53,034 bases of DNA from Planctomycetota bacterium (GTDB lineage: Bacteria; Planctomycetota; Brocadiia; CAIUPP01). The stretch covers positions 34,561-87,594 of the forward strand of contig JAKJEM010000003.1 in the NCBI GenBank assembly GCA_022705425.1. The letters run 5' to 3'. The position numbers were made by a program, and so were the translations under genes. The notes below the pieces were generated by a model. That model was not told the origin of the DNA. It did no database searches and saw only the letters and a list, made by a program, of their open reading frames with translations. Shown here one piece after another: positions 28,757 to 39,000 of the stretch (positions are counted from its first letter, which is position 1; every line of letters begins with the position of its first letter).

Positions 28757-30400
28757 TCAGAGCAGGTCCACCTTGCGAACCGCCGCGAACTCGTTGGCCG
28801 CGCGCGCGGTCAACGCGCCGGGCTCCAGGGTCATTGCCGGGCACCGCAGCAGCGGCGTCGTGCGCCAATCCTCCTCGTACAGCTCCGTCAATTCCCCCGA
28901 CGCCTGCTCGAACAGGCGGAGTTGGAGCTTCCCCGAGGCGATGCGGAGCTCCGATCCCTTGCGCCGGACCGACGCGCTCGAAGGGGCAAAGCGCTTCTTC
29001 GCGCCCGTGATTCCCGTCAGGCAGATCACCGCTTCGACCTCCGGGGGCAGGGCGTAAACCTCCACGTCGCGCTGGTAGCCGCTCATCCGCGCGCGCGCCA
29101 GCTCGACCGGTTCCGCCTTTGTGCCGTTCAGGGCGAAGCACCGGACGTGCGCGTCGCGCCCCCAGGCGCGCAGGGTCAGCCGGCCCGGGCGGCATTCGAC
29201 CTCCTCCCAGCCGGGCGTGACGCCCACGACCAGGGGCCAGTCGTCATGGAGCCGTCGCGTCTGTGCGTCGGGCCGGATGTACTGTGTGCGGACGTAGGAG
29301 TTCGGCGCCCGCGTGAAGAAGCATAGCGCGCTCAATCCGGCCTGAGCCGTGAACCCGCTCTGGAAGCAGTGCCGTCCCGGCAAGCAGAGAATCTCGCGCT
29401 CTGCCGGGCCGCGACCGACCGCCGCCAGGACGTGGACGTTCTGCGGGAAGTAATGGCCGCCGGTCATCGTCCCGAGGAGCGCGTCGGACTCCTGGTACGA
29501 CCGGAAACGGAAGGGCACGCCGGTCGCCCGCCCCGACATCTCGAAGGGAAAGACGCGGCCGGCGAACTCGCGCCGCGCCGCCTCGGGCAGGGCGTACACG
29601 TCGTCGTCGGGCGTCATCATCACCCAGGGGCGTCCTTCGCGCGGAGCCCAGTAACGCCGGTAGTCGCGTCCGCTGCCGCAGGCGGGAAGCTCAAGGACGG
29701 GGTGCGTGGCGGCCAGTTGCGTGGCGGCGAGGTAATCGAGCGCCAGGCGCACCTCGCCCTTCATGGCCTCGTCGCGCGCGAGGCGCAGCAGGTGCGTCAG
29801 CGCCTCGAAGTCCACCCGAGAGTAGGTGGGGGAGCAGAACTCGTCCAGACCGTAGCAGGCCACGTGGTTGAACCACCGGCGCCATTGCGCCTCGCCCTTG
29901 CGCCAGAGACGCTCCTCGCATTCGATGGCGCCGCCCAGGAACATGGCGCGCACATAAAGGAGGAAGATGTTCGTGTAGGCCACGCCGTCGCGGTGAAGGT
30001 CGAAAATCTCCTCATCCCAGCGGCGTTCCGCGAAGACCATCGCGCGCCGGAAGCTGTCGCGCAGGCGTCTGGCCGTCGGCGCAGGCAGTCGCGCGGCATA
30101 GCGCTTCAGAAGGTCCGCCATCTCCGGCAAGAGGAAGAGGTTCGAGTTGCGGTCGTGATAGGCCAGGTCCGCGCGCATCGGGAACTGCCCGAATTTCCAC
30201 GAGGGCTCAAGCTTCTGAAGCGCGCAGACAGCCTCGATGATGCGTGCCGCGCGCTCCGCGTCGGCCGCCCGTTCCGTGGCCAGCAGGCGGGCGGCATATT
30301 CCAGCGAGTGCCCCAGCGGGCGCGAATGGCCCGCGTCGCCGACCAGGCCCGTTCGAGGCGACCAGTCCCGTTCGTAGCTGTCGAGTTCCGATGCCGGCAT
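28757..30400 (-). CDS. Hypothetical protein (547 aa); possibly a polysaccharide-lyase/heparinase-like helper domain
   Basis: Long ORF with SD GGAGGAGG upstream of the ATG at 30400. No motif recognised with confidence. Confidence 0.5.
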   Translation of the reverse strand: MPASELDSYERDWSPRTGLVGDAGHSRPLGHSLEYAARLLATERAADAERAARIIEAVCALQKLEPSWKFGQFPMRADLAYHDRNSNLFLLPEMADLLKRYAARLPAPTARRLRDSFRRAMVFAERRWDEEIFDLHRDGVAYTNIFLLYVRAMFLGGAIECEERLWRKGEAQWRRWFNHVACYGLDEFCSPTYSRVDFEALTHLLRLARDEAMKGEVRLALDYLAATQLAATHPVLELPACGSGRDYRRYWAPREGRPWVMMTPDDDVYALPEAARREFAGRVFPFEMSGRATGVPFRFRSYQESDALLGTMTGGHYFPQNVHVLAAVGRGPAEREILCLPGRHCFQSGFTAQAGLSALCFFTRAPNSYVRTQYIRPDAQTRRLHDDWPLVVGVTPGWEEVECRPGRLTLRAWGRDAHVRCFALNGTKAEPVELARARMSGYQRDVEVYALPPEVEAVICLTGITGAKKRFAPSSASVRRKGSELRIASGKLQLRLFEQASGELTELYEEDWRTTPLLRCPAMTLEPGALTARAANEFAAVRKVDLL

Positions 30401-30599
30401 AGTGCGGCCCTCCTCCCCATCGCACCGGCCCGCGCCCGGCCGGTGGACATGCGCCAACGCGCCCGAGGACCGTAATCTAGCCGCCGGAGTATCGCCGGTC
30501 AAGCCTCGAAACAATTGCAGTGTCCCGTGGCCGGACCGGCAGGCCGCCGGGCGATCGCCCTCGGTGTTGCCGGAAGGACGCGCGCTCGGACGCGGACGG

Positions 30600-31487
30600 T
30601 CAGTAAGCCCCCCAGAGCCATCCACCCCGGCGGTTGTAGACCGCGCCGGCGTTGAAGGTGCGCTCTCGCTTCTTGCGGGCGGCGCGCAGCCCGGCCAGGT
30701 CTATCTCCGCTGCCAGCAGCCCCTCGCGCTTGTCCCTGCCCCGCAAGCGCGCCAGCGGCCGCCCCGTCCAGTCCATCACCAGCCCGCCGCTGCAGTACTT
30801 CAGAACGGCTTCGCCGGCGCGGGGGCGCGCGCGACGGCCCGCGCAGCTCATTCCGGCCACCGCGACGCAGCAGGTACGGGTGAAGTACGGCCAGTTCTCC
30901 ATCCGCCAGCGGAACCAGCCGTCGCGGCAATTGCCGTAGGCGCCGAGAGAATTCGCGTGGGGCGCAAAGATCACCTCCGCCCCCCGCAGCGCCAGCAGCC
31001 GGAAGGTCTCGAAGTACGAGGCGTCGGCGCAGGTCGCCACCCCCATGCGGCAGCCGGCCACGCGGAAGACGGGGAACTCCCGCCCCGGCGTGAAGCGCCG
31101 CAGCTCGCGCGCGATCGGGTTGACCTTGCGCATCACCCCCACCCGTCCCCTGGGACCGGCGATCAGGCAGGTGTTGTGGAGGCGTCCGCCCCGTCGCTCG
31201 ACAAACCCCGTGGCCAGAAAGACCCTTGCGCGGCGCGCCCAGGACTCGATCTCCCGGACGACCGGCCCATCAAGGGGCAGCGCATACTCCGGCCTCTCGA
31301 TCCATCCCGTCACGGAAAACTCCGGGAAGCCCACGAAGTGGGCCTCGCGTTCGAGGGCGCGTTCGAGCCAGAAGCGATGGCGCGCCAGGTTCGCCTCGAT
31401 GTCGCCGCGATGCTCGGCGGCGGGCGCGTCGGGGTTCATATACTCGTGCTTCATCGCCGCCAGGGCGATGCGGATGGACGCGGTCAT
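30600..31487 (-). CDS. Carbon-nitrogen hydrolase (nitrilase superfamily)
   Basis: Catalytic triad context: VGFPEFSVTGW (Glu), RKVNP (Lys) and TCADASYFE (Cys). The ATG overlaps the upstream stop (ATGA). Confidence 0.8.
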   Translation of the reverse strand: MTASIRIALAAMKHEYMNPDAPAAEHRGDIEANLARHRFWLERALEREAHFVGFPEFSVTGWIERPEYALPLDGPVVREIESWARRARVFLATGFVERRGGRLHNTCLIAGPRGRVGVMRKVNPIARELRRFTPGREFPVFRVAGCRMGVATCADASYFETFRLLALRGAEVIFAPHANSLGAYGNCRDGWFRWRMENWPYFTRTCCVAVAGMSCAGRRARPRAGEAVLKYCSGGLVMDWTGRPLARLRGRDKREGLLAAEIDLAGLRAARKKRERTFNAGAVYNRRGGWLWGAY

Positions 31488-32626
31488 TCCCGACTCCCCA
31501 GGTCGCGGACCAGTTCGCAATAGCGCCGCACCCGCTCGACCGAGGTGCCCGGCGTCACCGGGCTGCCCAGGCTCATCACGAAGCGGCTGCCATTGCGCCG
31601 TCCGGCAGCGATCTGGCGTCGAATCTCCTCGCGCAGCGCCTCCTCCGAGCCGTGTTCCAGCAGGGTGATGGCGTCCAGGTTCCCGAGCAGGACCATGCGT
31701 CCCTGTGTCGCCTCGGCGATGCGGGCAATGTCAATCTCCCAGCCCTTCTTCCCTTCTTCGAGCGACAGCGCATCCGCGCCGGACTCCAGCAGGGCGTCGA
31801 GCCGGTCGGCGGGGTTGCCGCAGTAGTAGTAAATGCTGACCATGCCCGCCTCGCGGATGGCGTCGGTGATGGCGCGCAGGTAGGGCAGGTTGAACTCCCG
31901 GAAAAGGGCGGGGCTGAGCATGTCCGTCATGCATTCCTCGATCCACACCCCCTCGACGCCCAGGCGCGCCAGACGTTGGAAGTGGGGACGCTTGGTCTCG
32001 ACCGCGCGCGCACACATGTGATGGAGGAGCTTCGGGTCCTCGATGGGCTTGCGCATCATCTCCGCGAAACTCCACAGCGAGTAGGCATTCCAGAAGGGGG
32101 TGGACGTGGAGCCGATCCAGAAGACATCCCGCGCCGCGCCACGCTTCAACTCCTCCGTCAGGTCGCTTGCGCCCGAGGCGAAGAACTCCTCCGCCTCCGC
32201 CTCCGTTGGAATGCGCAGGCGCGCGTCAATCTCCTCCGGTGTGCGCGGCGGGTTCTCCGGCTCCTGCCCGAACTGGGTGGCGCTGTGCCAGCCGCCCACC
32301 TGCGGCCGGGGGAGGAGCCGCTCAACGCCCGTGCGGCGGTTGACGCGATAGACGCCGTCGGCGCGCTCCTCGATGGCAATATCGCGCCGATCCTTGCGCG
32401 TGGGGCCCGTCGGCAGCGGATACCAGTCCTGGCCCGTGTGGGCGATGAAGTCCGCGTGCAGGGCGCGGTGCCGCTTTATGTCCGCCGAAGAGGGCGCCCA
32501 CCAGGGTTGGCGCGTCAATTGCGCCCAGTGGTCGCGGAAATAGATACCGGAGTAACAGAGCACGGCGGGGATCTCCCGCGCGCCCTCGCGCGAGAACGCG
32601 GCGCGGACCCGTTCCTTTCCCGTCAT
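31484..32626 (-). CDS. Uroporphyrinogen decarboxylase (URO-D/MtaA-like) family protein, second copy
   Basis: URO-D family fold blocks. SD AAGGAG 10 nt upstream. The stop overlaps the hydrolase ATG. Confidence 0.7.
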   Translation of the reverse strand: MTGKERVRAAFSREGAREIPAVLCYSGIYFRDHWAQLTRQPWWAPSSADIKRHRALHADFIAHTGQDWYPLPTGPTRKDRRDIAIEERADGVYRVNRRTGVERLLPRPQVGGWHSATQFGQEPENPPRTPEEIDARLRIPTEAEAEEFFASGASDLTEELKRGAARDVFWIGSTSTPFWNAYSLWSFAEMMRKPIEDPKLLHHMCARAVETKRPHFQRLARLGVEGVWIEECMTDMLSPALFREFNLPYLRAITDAIREAGMVSIYYYCGNPADRLDALLESGADALSLEEGKKGWEIDIARIAEATQGRMVLLGNLDAITLLEHGSEEALREEIRRQIAAGRRNGSRFVMSLGSPVTPGTSVERVRRYCELVRDLGSRE

Positions 32627-32646
32627 CGGCGATCACTCCTTTCAGT

Positions 32647-33201
32647 TCAGGTGCGGCGCGTCGGGACCATGCGCGGCGCGGCGGCGCGGAGCGCATCCCA
32701 CGTCAGGTACATCGGCTGGTATGGCGCTTCCGGCGTGCCCACGAGCGGGCCGAAGGGCCGGAAGCCCAGGTGGCGATAGAGCTTTGCCTGGCGCACCGTG
32801 CCGGAGATGATCGCCAGGTCGTGTCCGCGTTCATCGCACAGGCGCAGCAGCTCCCGCAGCAGTCCGGCGAAGATCGGCCCGCGGCGCTCCGAGGGCGTCA
32901 CGGCCAGCAGGCGGATCTCGCACACGGAGCTTGCCGGCGGAAGGCGCCGGTCCAGATCGGGCAGCTTGCGGTCCAGCGAGAAGGGCCGTTTGGCGCGCAC
33001 GGAGAGCATCCCCGCCAGCGTCCCATTCTTCAGGCAGATGATATAGGTGTTTTCGTCATGGAAGGCGTCCACCAGCCGTCGCTGCGCGTTGACGGCATGC
33101 TGGGGGATTTCCTCGACGAACGTGCGGTAGTTCAACCGGTGGATCTGCTCGAACTCCTCCGGTTCGGAGGCGATCTTGAACACCAGGCCGCCGCCGCTCA
33201 T
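32647..33201 (-). CDS. GNAT-family N-acetyltransferase
   Basis: Acetyl-CoA binding region (IRLLAVTPSERRGPIFAGLL) and ~180 aa length. The ATG overlaps the upstream stop. Confidence 0.75.
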   Translation of the reverse strand: MSGGGLVFKIASEPEEFEQIHRLNYRTFVEEIPQHAVNAQRRLVDAFHDENTYIICLKNGTLAGMLSVRAKRPFSLDRKLPDLDRRLPPASSVCEIRLLAVTPSERRGPIFAGLLRELLRLCDERGHDLAIISGTVRQAKLYRHLGFRPFGPLVGTPEAPYQPMYLTWDALRAAAPRMVPTRRT

Positions 33202-33884
33202 GCATTCTCCCCGCGCTCATCCTTGCCGGCCGCCCCCGTCGAGTCCTCCTTGCGTTGGCGCGTCAGTTGGGAGGGGGAAAGCGGCAGCTTATGGACCTTG
33301 GGCAGGGCGATGCCGTAGCGCATCGCCGCAAAGCGCAGCGCCAGGGTGGGCAGCGCCGCGCTGAGCAGCTGGGCATTCTCGGAGAAGCCCATCGCCCGCG
33401 CCAGCACCAGGCACGCCCCGCCGATCAGCGCCGCGGTCGCGTAGAAGTCCGCCTTCAGCACCATCGGAATCTCCGCCACCAGCACGTCGCGCACCGCCCC
33501 CCCGCCCGAGGCCGTCAGCGCCGCCATCATCACGATGCCGATCACCCCGAAGCCGCTGTCCGCCGCCTTTGCCGCGCCGATCGCCGCAAAGACGCTCAAC
33601 CCCACCGCGTCCGCCGCCATCACCCAATCCCACCGTGCCGCGATCTTCCGCGCCCCGAAGAAGACCACCATCCCCCCCGCCACGCAGACGATCAGGTACG
33701 CCTCGTGGCGGAAGACGGCCGGCGGGTTGTAGCCGAGCATCAGGTCGCGGATGATCCCGCCCCCCACCCCCGTCGCCGTCGCCAGCACCAGCACCCCGAG
33801 CAGGTCCAGCTCGTACTTCACCGCCCGGAACGCCCCCGAGACGGCGAAGATGAATGTTCCGAAGATGTCCAGCAGGTAGAGCAT
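33198..33884 (-). CDS. UPF0126/TRIC-family membrane protein (YadS/YicG-like)
   Basis: Duplicated glycine-rich motifs TGVGGGIIRDLMLG and SGGGAVRDVLV within 7 TM helices. Confidence 0.7.
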   Translation of the reverse strand: MLYLLDIFGTFIFAVSGAFRAVKYELDLLGVLVLATATGVGGGIIRDLMLGYNPPAVFRHEAYLIVCVAGGMVVFFGARKIAARWDWVMAADAVGLSVFAAIGAAKAADSGFGVIGIVMMAALTASGGGAVRDVLVAEIPMVLKADFYATAALIGGACLVLARAMGFSENAQLLSAALPTLALRFAAMRYGIALPKVHKLPLSPSQLTRQRKEDSTGAAGKDERGENA

Positions 33885-34084
33885 GGGTCGCCCGCAGCCT
33901 CCAAGAAACCGCCGCAACAGTATAGCGCCGGCGGGGCGGCTTTGCACCACAACCGCGCGCGGGAACCCGGCGCGGAACCGGGTGCCGCCGGCGGCCTGCG
34001 CTTCAGTTGACAACGCCGGGATTCGTGGTATAAATCCCCGGCAGGGCCGGGACGACGCGCCCGGTGCGTTTGAGGAGAAGCGGC

Positions 34085-34285
34085 ATGACGGTCAAAGAAA
34101 CGGCGGCCGGCAAGAAGGTCCGTGCGGAGCGCCTGGCGCTCATCAAGGAGCGTTATCACAAGCTCATCCTCAAGCAGCGCCAGGAAATCGAGCGCGAACT
34201 CCAGGACGACTTCAAGCAGGAAGAGGAGTTCGAGGTCGAGACCGAACCCGCCGCCGAACCGGAGACGGACTTCGAGGTCGAGTGA
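34085..34285 (+). CDS. Small acidic hypothetical protein (66 aa)
   Basis: SD GAGGAG upstream. Lys/Glu-rich helix plus an acidic tail (EEEFEVETEPAAEPETDFEVE). Confidence 0.3.
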   Translation: MTVKETAAGKKVRAERLALIKERYHKLILKQRQEIERELQDDFKQEEEFEVETEPAAEPETDFEVE

Positions 34286-34298
34286 CGCGGCGGCGCGC

Positions 34299-35894
34299 TT
34301 AGCCCTTCCGGCGCAACCGGCTCGTCAGCGCGCCGAAGATCTCGCGCAGTTCCTCCATCCGCAGCGCCCAGGCTGTCGCCGCAAAGGCCGCCCCGCCCGC
34401 CAGAAAGGCCGCGCCCAGCCCCGCGCCCTGCGCCGCCAGCTCCGGCAGCGTGCGCGCCGCTTCGGCGTGAAGCACCCCCAGCGCCGAGCCCGTTGCATAC
34501 CCCGCCGCCCCCGCCGCGGCTGCGGCTGCCAGGCACTTGGCCAGGCAGAGCCCCACGCCGTCCCCGCCGATTCCGCTCAACGCCGCGCGCAGCAGCCAGG
34601 CCAGGACCAGCGCGTTGGCGATGTTCGTCAGGCTGCTCGCCAGCGCCAGCCCCGCCTCGCGCATGGGCCACACGAAGACGAGGTTGAGCGCGACCTTGGC
34701 GCCCACCATGAACATGGCCACGCGCGCCGGAGTGCGCGTGTCCTCCCTCGCATTGAAGGCCCGCGCCAGCACCTGGACGGCGCACAGCGCCGTCAACCCC
34801 AGCGCCGACCATGTCAGCACCGCGGCCGTTCGCGCGGTGGATTCCGCCGTGAACTGCCCGCGCTCGAAGACGAGCCGGACGATCGGCTCCGCCAGGGCGA
34901 CCATCAGCGCCAGGCACGGCAGCGACAGGACAAGCGCCGCGCGCAGCGCAAAGTTCACCGTCCGCGACAGCGCCGCGCCGTCGCCCGCCACTGCCAGCCG
35001 GGCAAAGGCCGGAAAGGCCGCCGTCCCGAGCGCGATCCCCAGCACGCCCAGGGGAAACTGCATCAAATGCGCTCCGTACCACAACGCGCTGTTCGCCCCC
35101 TCGCCGGGGATGAAGAACTGCGCGATGAGCCGGTCGGCCAGCACGTTGAGTTGCACGACGCTCAGCCCCAGCACCACCGGCAGCATCAGCCGTCCGATGC
35201 GCCGCAGCCCCGGATGGGCCAGGTCCCACACCCATTGGAGTTCCAGTCCGTGCCGCCGGAGCATCCATGCCTGCGCCCCGAACTGCAGGACGCCCGACAC
35301 GGTCACCCCCGCCGCCAGGGCGATCACCCCCAGGTCGCGCCGCTCCGGCCCGAAGCGCCACGCGGCGACGCCCGCCGCCCCGATCATGCACGCATTCAGC
35401 AGCGCCGGCGTCAGCGAGGGCAGGAAGAACCGCCCCCGCACATTCAACGCCGCCACCTGCACCGCCGTCAGGCAGATCAGCGGCAGATAGGGCAGCATGA
35501 TCAGCAGCAGCCAGCAGAACAGGCGCCCGCGCTCCGGCAACCCGCCCCACAGCAACAGGGCGGCGCAGACGCCCCAGCCGGCCAGGGTGACCGCGCCCAG
35601 CAGCGCGGCCAGCGCCGTCAGGACGGCGTTGAGCAGGCGGCGCGGGTCGCCGCCCGGTTCCTTCGTCTCGCGCGTGAAGGCCGGAATAAAGGCGACATTC
35701 AGCGCCCCTTCGCCGAAGAAGGCGCGGAAGAGATTGGGGATCATGAAGGCCACGGTGAAGACGTCCATGACCCCGCGCGTGCCGAAGACCGCCGCCGCCA
35801 CGATGTCGCGGGCGAGGCCGCTGACGCGGCTAAGCAGCGTGCCGCCGCCGACGGAGAAGGTGCTGCGCAGGATGCCGCGGTGCGGCGCGCTCAT
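34299..35894 (-). CDS. murJ: Lipid II flippase MurJ
   Basis: MOP-superfamily 14-TM protein (531 aa) with N-terminal ...LSRVSGLARDIVAAAVFG... and the conserved arginine region. Confidence 0.85.
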   Translation of the reverse strand: MSAPHRGILRSTFSVGGGTLLSRVSGLARDIVAAAVFGTRGVMDVFTVAFMIPNLFRAFFGEGALNVAFIPAFTRETKEPGGDPRRLLNAVLTALAALLGAVTLAGWGVCAALLLWGGLPERGRLFCWLLLIMLPYLPLICLTAVQVAALNVRGRFFLPSLTPALLNACMIGAAGVAAWRFGPERRDLGVIALAAGVTVSGVLQFGAQAWMLRRHGLELQWVWDLAHPGLRRIGRLMLPVVLGLSVVQLNVLADRLIAQFFIPGEGANSALWYGAHLMQFPLGVLGIALGTAAFPAFARLAVAGDGAALSRTVNFALRAALVLSLPCLALMVALAEPIVRLVFERGQFTAESTARTAAVLTWSALGLTALCAVQVLARAFNAREDTRTPARVAMFMVGAKVALNLVFVWPMREAGLALASSLTNIANALVLAWLLRAALSGIGGDGVGLCLAKCLAAAAAAGAAGYATGSALGVLHAEAARTLPELAAQGAGLGAAFLAGGAAFAATAWALRMEELREIFGALTSRLRRKG

Positions 35895-36018
35895 CGAAGA
35901 TCCGATCCATCCTGACTCCCGCCGCCTCGGGGCGATGCATCGGCAACGCCCCGCTCCGGCGGCACGATGGGCAGTCTATAGGCCGGCGGCGGCGGGGTCA
36001 ATGCCGGGCCCCGCCGCA

Positions 36019-39000
36019 TCATGGTGCGCGGGGGGTCCAGCGGGCGTCGCCGTTCGATTCCACACTCCATGCCCCCGAAGGGGTCCGCCGGACGGCGGCG
36101 CGGGCGGCCAGGCGCGCGCCGTCGCCGGGGCCGAACTCCCATAGCTTGAATGTCCCCCCGGCGGGGAAGTCCGTCGCAGTGAAGGGCGTCTCCAGACGGT
36201 ATGTATAGCGTCCCGAGTCGCCGCCGATGACCGTGCAACGCCACGTCCGGGCCAGGTCGGCATTCGTGCACGTCAGCCCGTCGGTCATCCCCGGCGTCAG
36301 TCCGGCCGGGCCGATGTTGACGACCACCGTGCGCTGCGCGGGGTCCGAGGAGACGACCTGCGCGTAGCTCAGGTCAAGGGCCTTGTCGAGGGTCAGCACA
36401 GTCGCGTTGTTCTCGCGCGCGGCGGAGAGAACGGTGTACGTCGTCTTGTGGCGCTCATTCCCGAACTCGACCTGCTCGCCGGGCAGACGGGCATCGGACC
36501 AGTCGGCGTCGAGCCACACGCGCCGTCCCTCGTAGTCCACGCGCGCGAGGGCGGCGGTCCACTCGCGCCGGCCCATGCGCAGCGCGCCCCAGGGCGTCGC
36601 CAGTTCGGTCCCTTCAACCATTGCGGCCAGACGCAGCCCGCGCGCGTCGGTGGACACGAAGGCAAAGGCGCCATCGGCGGCCGTTTCCCCGGCCACGCGG
36701 CGGCGGCCCCTGGGGTTGCTGAGGGAGAGGTCCCTGCGTCCGCCCACGGTCGTCACCTCGACGGCCACGGCGCGCTCGGAGTCGGCCTCGTTGTCGGGGA
36801 GGGGGATTTCACGCACGGAGGAGAGAAAGGGCTGCCCGGCATAGGGCTCGATGACGCTGGCGTGAACCGTTTCCAGGTCCGTGCCGGTCTTTCGGACGAA
36901 GAGGAAGGGCCAGGTGAGCTTGTCGGGGTTGCCCTCGGTGGGCGCAGGGGACGCGATGAGGGCTCGGTCGCCGGCGCGTCCGAGGAGATGCAGGCGCGTG
37001 AACTTCGGCGGCGACGCGGGATCGTAGGCGGCGCCCTGCATCACGGCCTCGGCGTTCCACAGGCGGCACCGGACCTCCTTGCCGTCGCGGTCGGTAACGG
37101 TCGTGTTCTCCTCCGTTCGGCGCAAACGCCACGTGGCCTGGAGAACCTCCGGCACGACGCCGGACGTCTTCATCCCCGTCCCCTGGGCGTAGCGGCGCAG
37201 GTAGTTCTTCTCCTCGTCGTCCAGCGCCTCGCTCCGGTCGGGCAGGTTGATCTGGAAATCGTCGGAGAAGGTTCCGTGGAAGCAGAAGGTGTGCAGGCGT
37301 CCGCCGCGCTGGCGTTGGACATCCACCACGTAGGAGTTCGGCGTCATGGCCTGCGGGTCGAAGCGCGTGCGGTCGGTATAGGGCAGGGGCGCGGGGGGCG
37401 CAGCCCCCGGCCGGCCCTCGTCCGCGTCAATCAGGGCCACCTCGCGCGTGCGCGCGGAAATCCCCGCCGCGCCCGCAGGAGGAACGGCCGCGGCGCGCAT
37501 GTACTGCGCGCCGGCCGTGGGCGCAAAGGTGGGCGTCCATGCGTGCCCCTGCCAGTTGAGTTCGTTGATCTCGACCAGGTTGTGCAACTGGGTGAAGGTG
37601 GGGTGGGGGGCGGAATAGCCGCCGCGCCAGCCCACGTCGTTCAGCGCGCGCACGCCGTGCGCAATCATCTGCAAGTCCAGCGTGTCGGCGTGCTGATGCC
37701 CTACGCCCGTGCCGATGCGCATCATCGCCGCGCGAACGAAGCGGAAGTCCTGCGCCTCCTGCCCGGTTTCGAGGATGGCCGACCAATTGGTCAGAACGCG
37801 TGACGGCTGGCCGAGGAAGGGATTGCCGCGACGTCGCTCGGCGGCACGGAGGATGGCGGCCCATTCGGCGTCGCTCTCGCCGGCGCGTCCGTAGTACTGC
37901 GCCGTGACCCAGGCCAGGTCCGGGTCGCCCGTCAGACCCGCGCCGGAGCGGACATTGCGCTCGAGCGCGCCCAGGAACCCCGCAAAAAGGCGCGGTTTCG
38001 CCGGCCCGCCCACGTCGCCCACGGAGAGCGGGTACCCCGCCACCGAGGCCTCGAGCGGAAGCCGGCACGCGGCGGCAACCTTGCCGTAGCGCCGCAGGTC
38101 GGCCAGGTCATAGGCCGGGTCGCCGCCGTTGAGGACGTAGCGCCGTGTCATCAGGGCCAGCTCCAGGAAGGGCGTGCCCGTCTGCGTGTAGAAGAGCGAC
38201 CCGATGTCGGTGGAACCGTCGCGCTGGGTGGTGGTCGAGAGGTACTCGGGCAGTCCGGCGCGGGCGTGGGGATACACCCATGTGCGCGTCCACAGGTACT
38301 CCATCCACGGGCGCGTGACCTCGGGGTCCTGCTGCACGGCTGCCAGGCGCATGAGGAAGGTGGGCGTGCCCTTGTCGTTGAAGACGTGGAAGCGCATGAC
38401 CTGCTTCGCGCCGAACTGGAGGATGCGCGTCTCGATCAGGCGGCGGACATCCTCGTCGGTCCGGACCCAGGGGACGAAACGTCCCACGGCGCGGGCCAGC
38501 TCCTGGTTCCCCTGGATGAAGTCGAAGAGGTAGTCGTAGGACACGGCGAGCCCCTGCTGGAGGCCGTCGAGCCCCTCGTTCAGGAAGCGGCGATCGAGGC
38601 GCAGGTCCCGTTTGTAGATGCCCGCCGGGGCAATGAGCGCGCCGTTGAGGATCATCGCGTCGGTGAAGGCGGGATAGATGTGCGCCCAGCGGCAGAGCAG
38701 CAAGGCGGCATCGCGCGCGGCGTGGCGGTTGTCGAGGGTGTGGTAGAGATACGGGACACGGTGGACGATGTCGTCGCCGTCGTGCGCGCCGAGTGCGCCG
38801 ATCAATGCGCGCCAGCGCGCGGAGAGGGGCGCGGCCAGAATGGCCAGATTCTGGCCGTGAGCCATGCCCTCCTCCGGCGGGTAGTACACCGCGCCGCCGT
38901 CGTCGGGCACCGGCCACGGCGCCGGCAGGGGGCGGCGAGCGGCCAGGTCGTCGCGCGTGTATCGCAGGTTCAGCTTCGCGTTCGTCAGCGTCAGCGGGCC

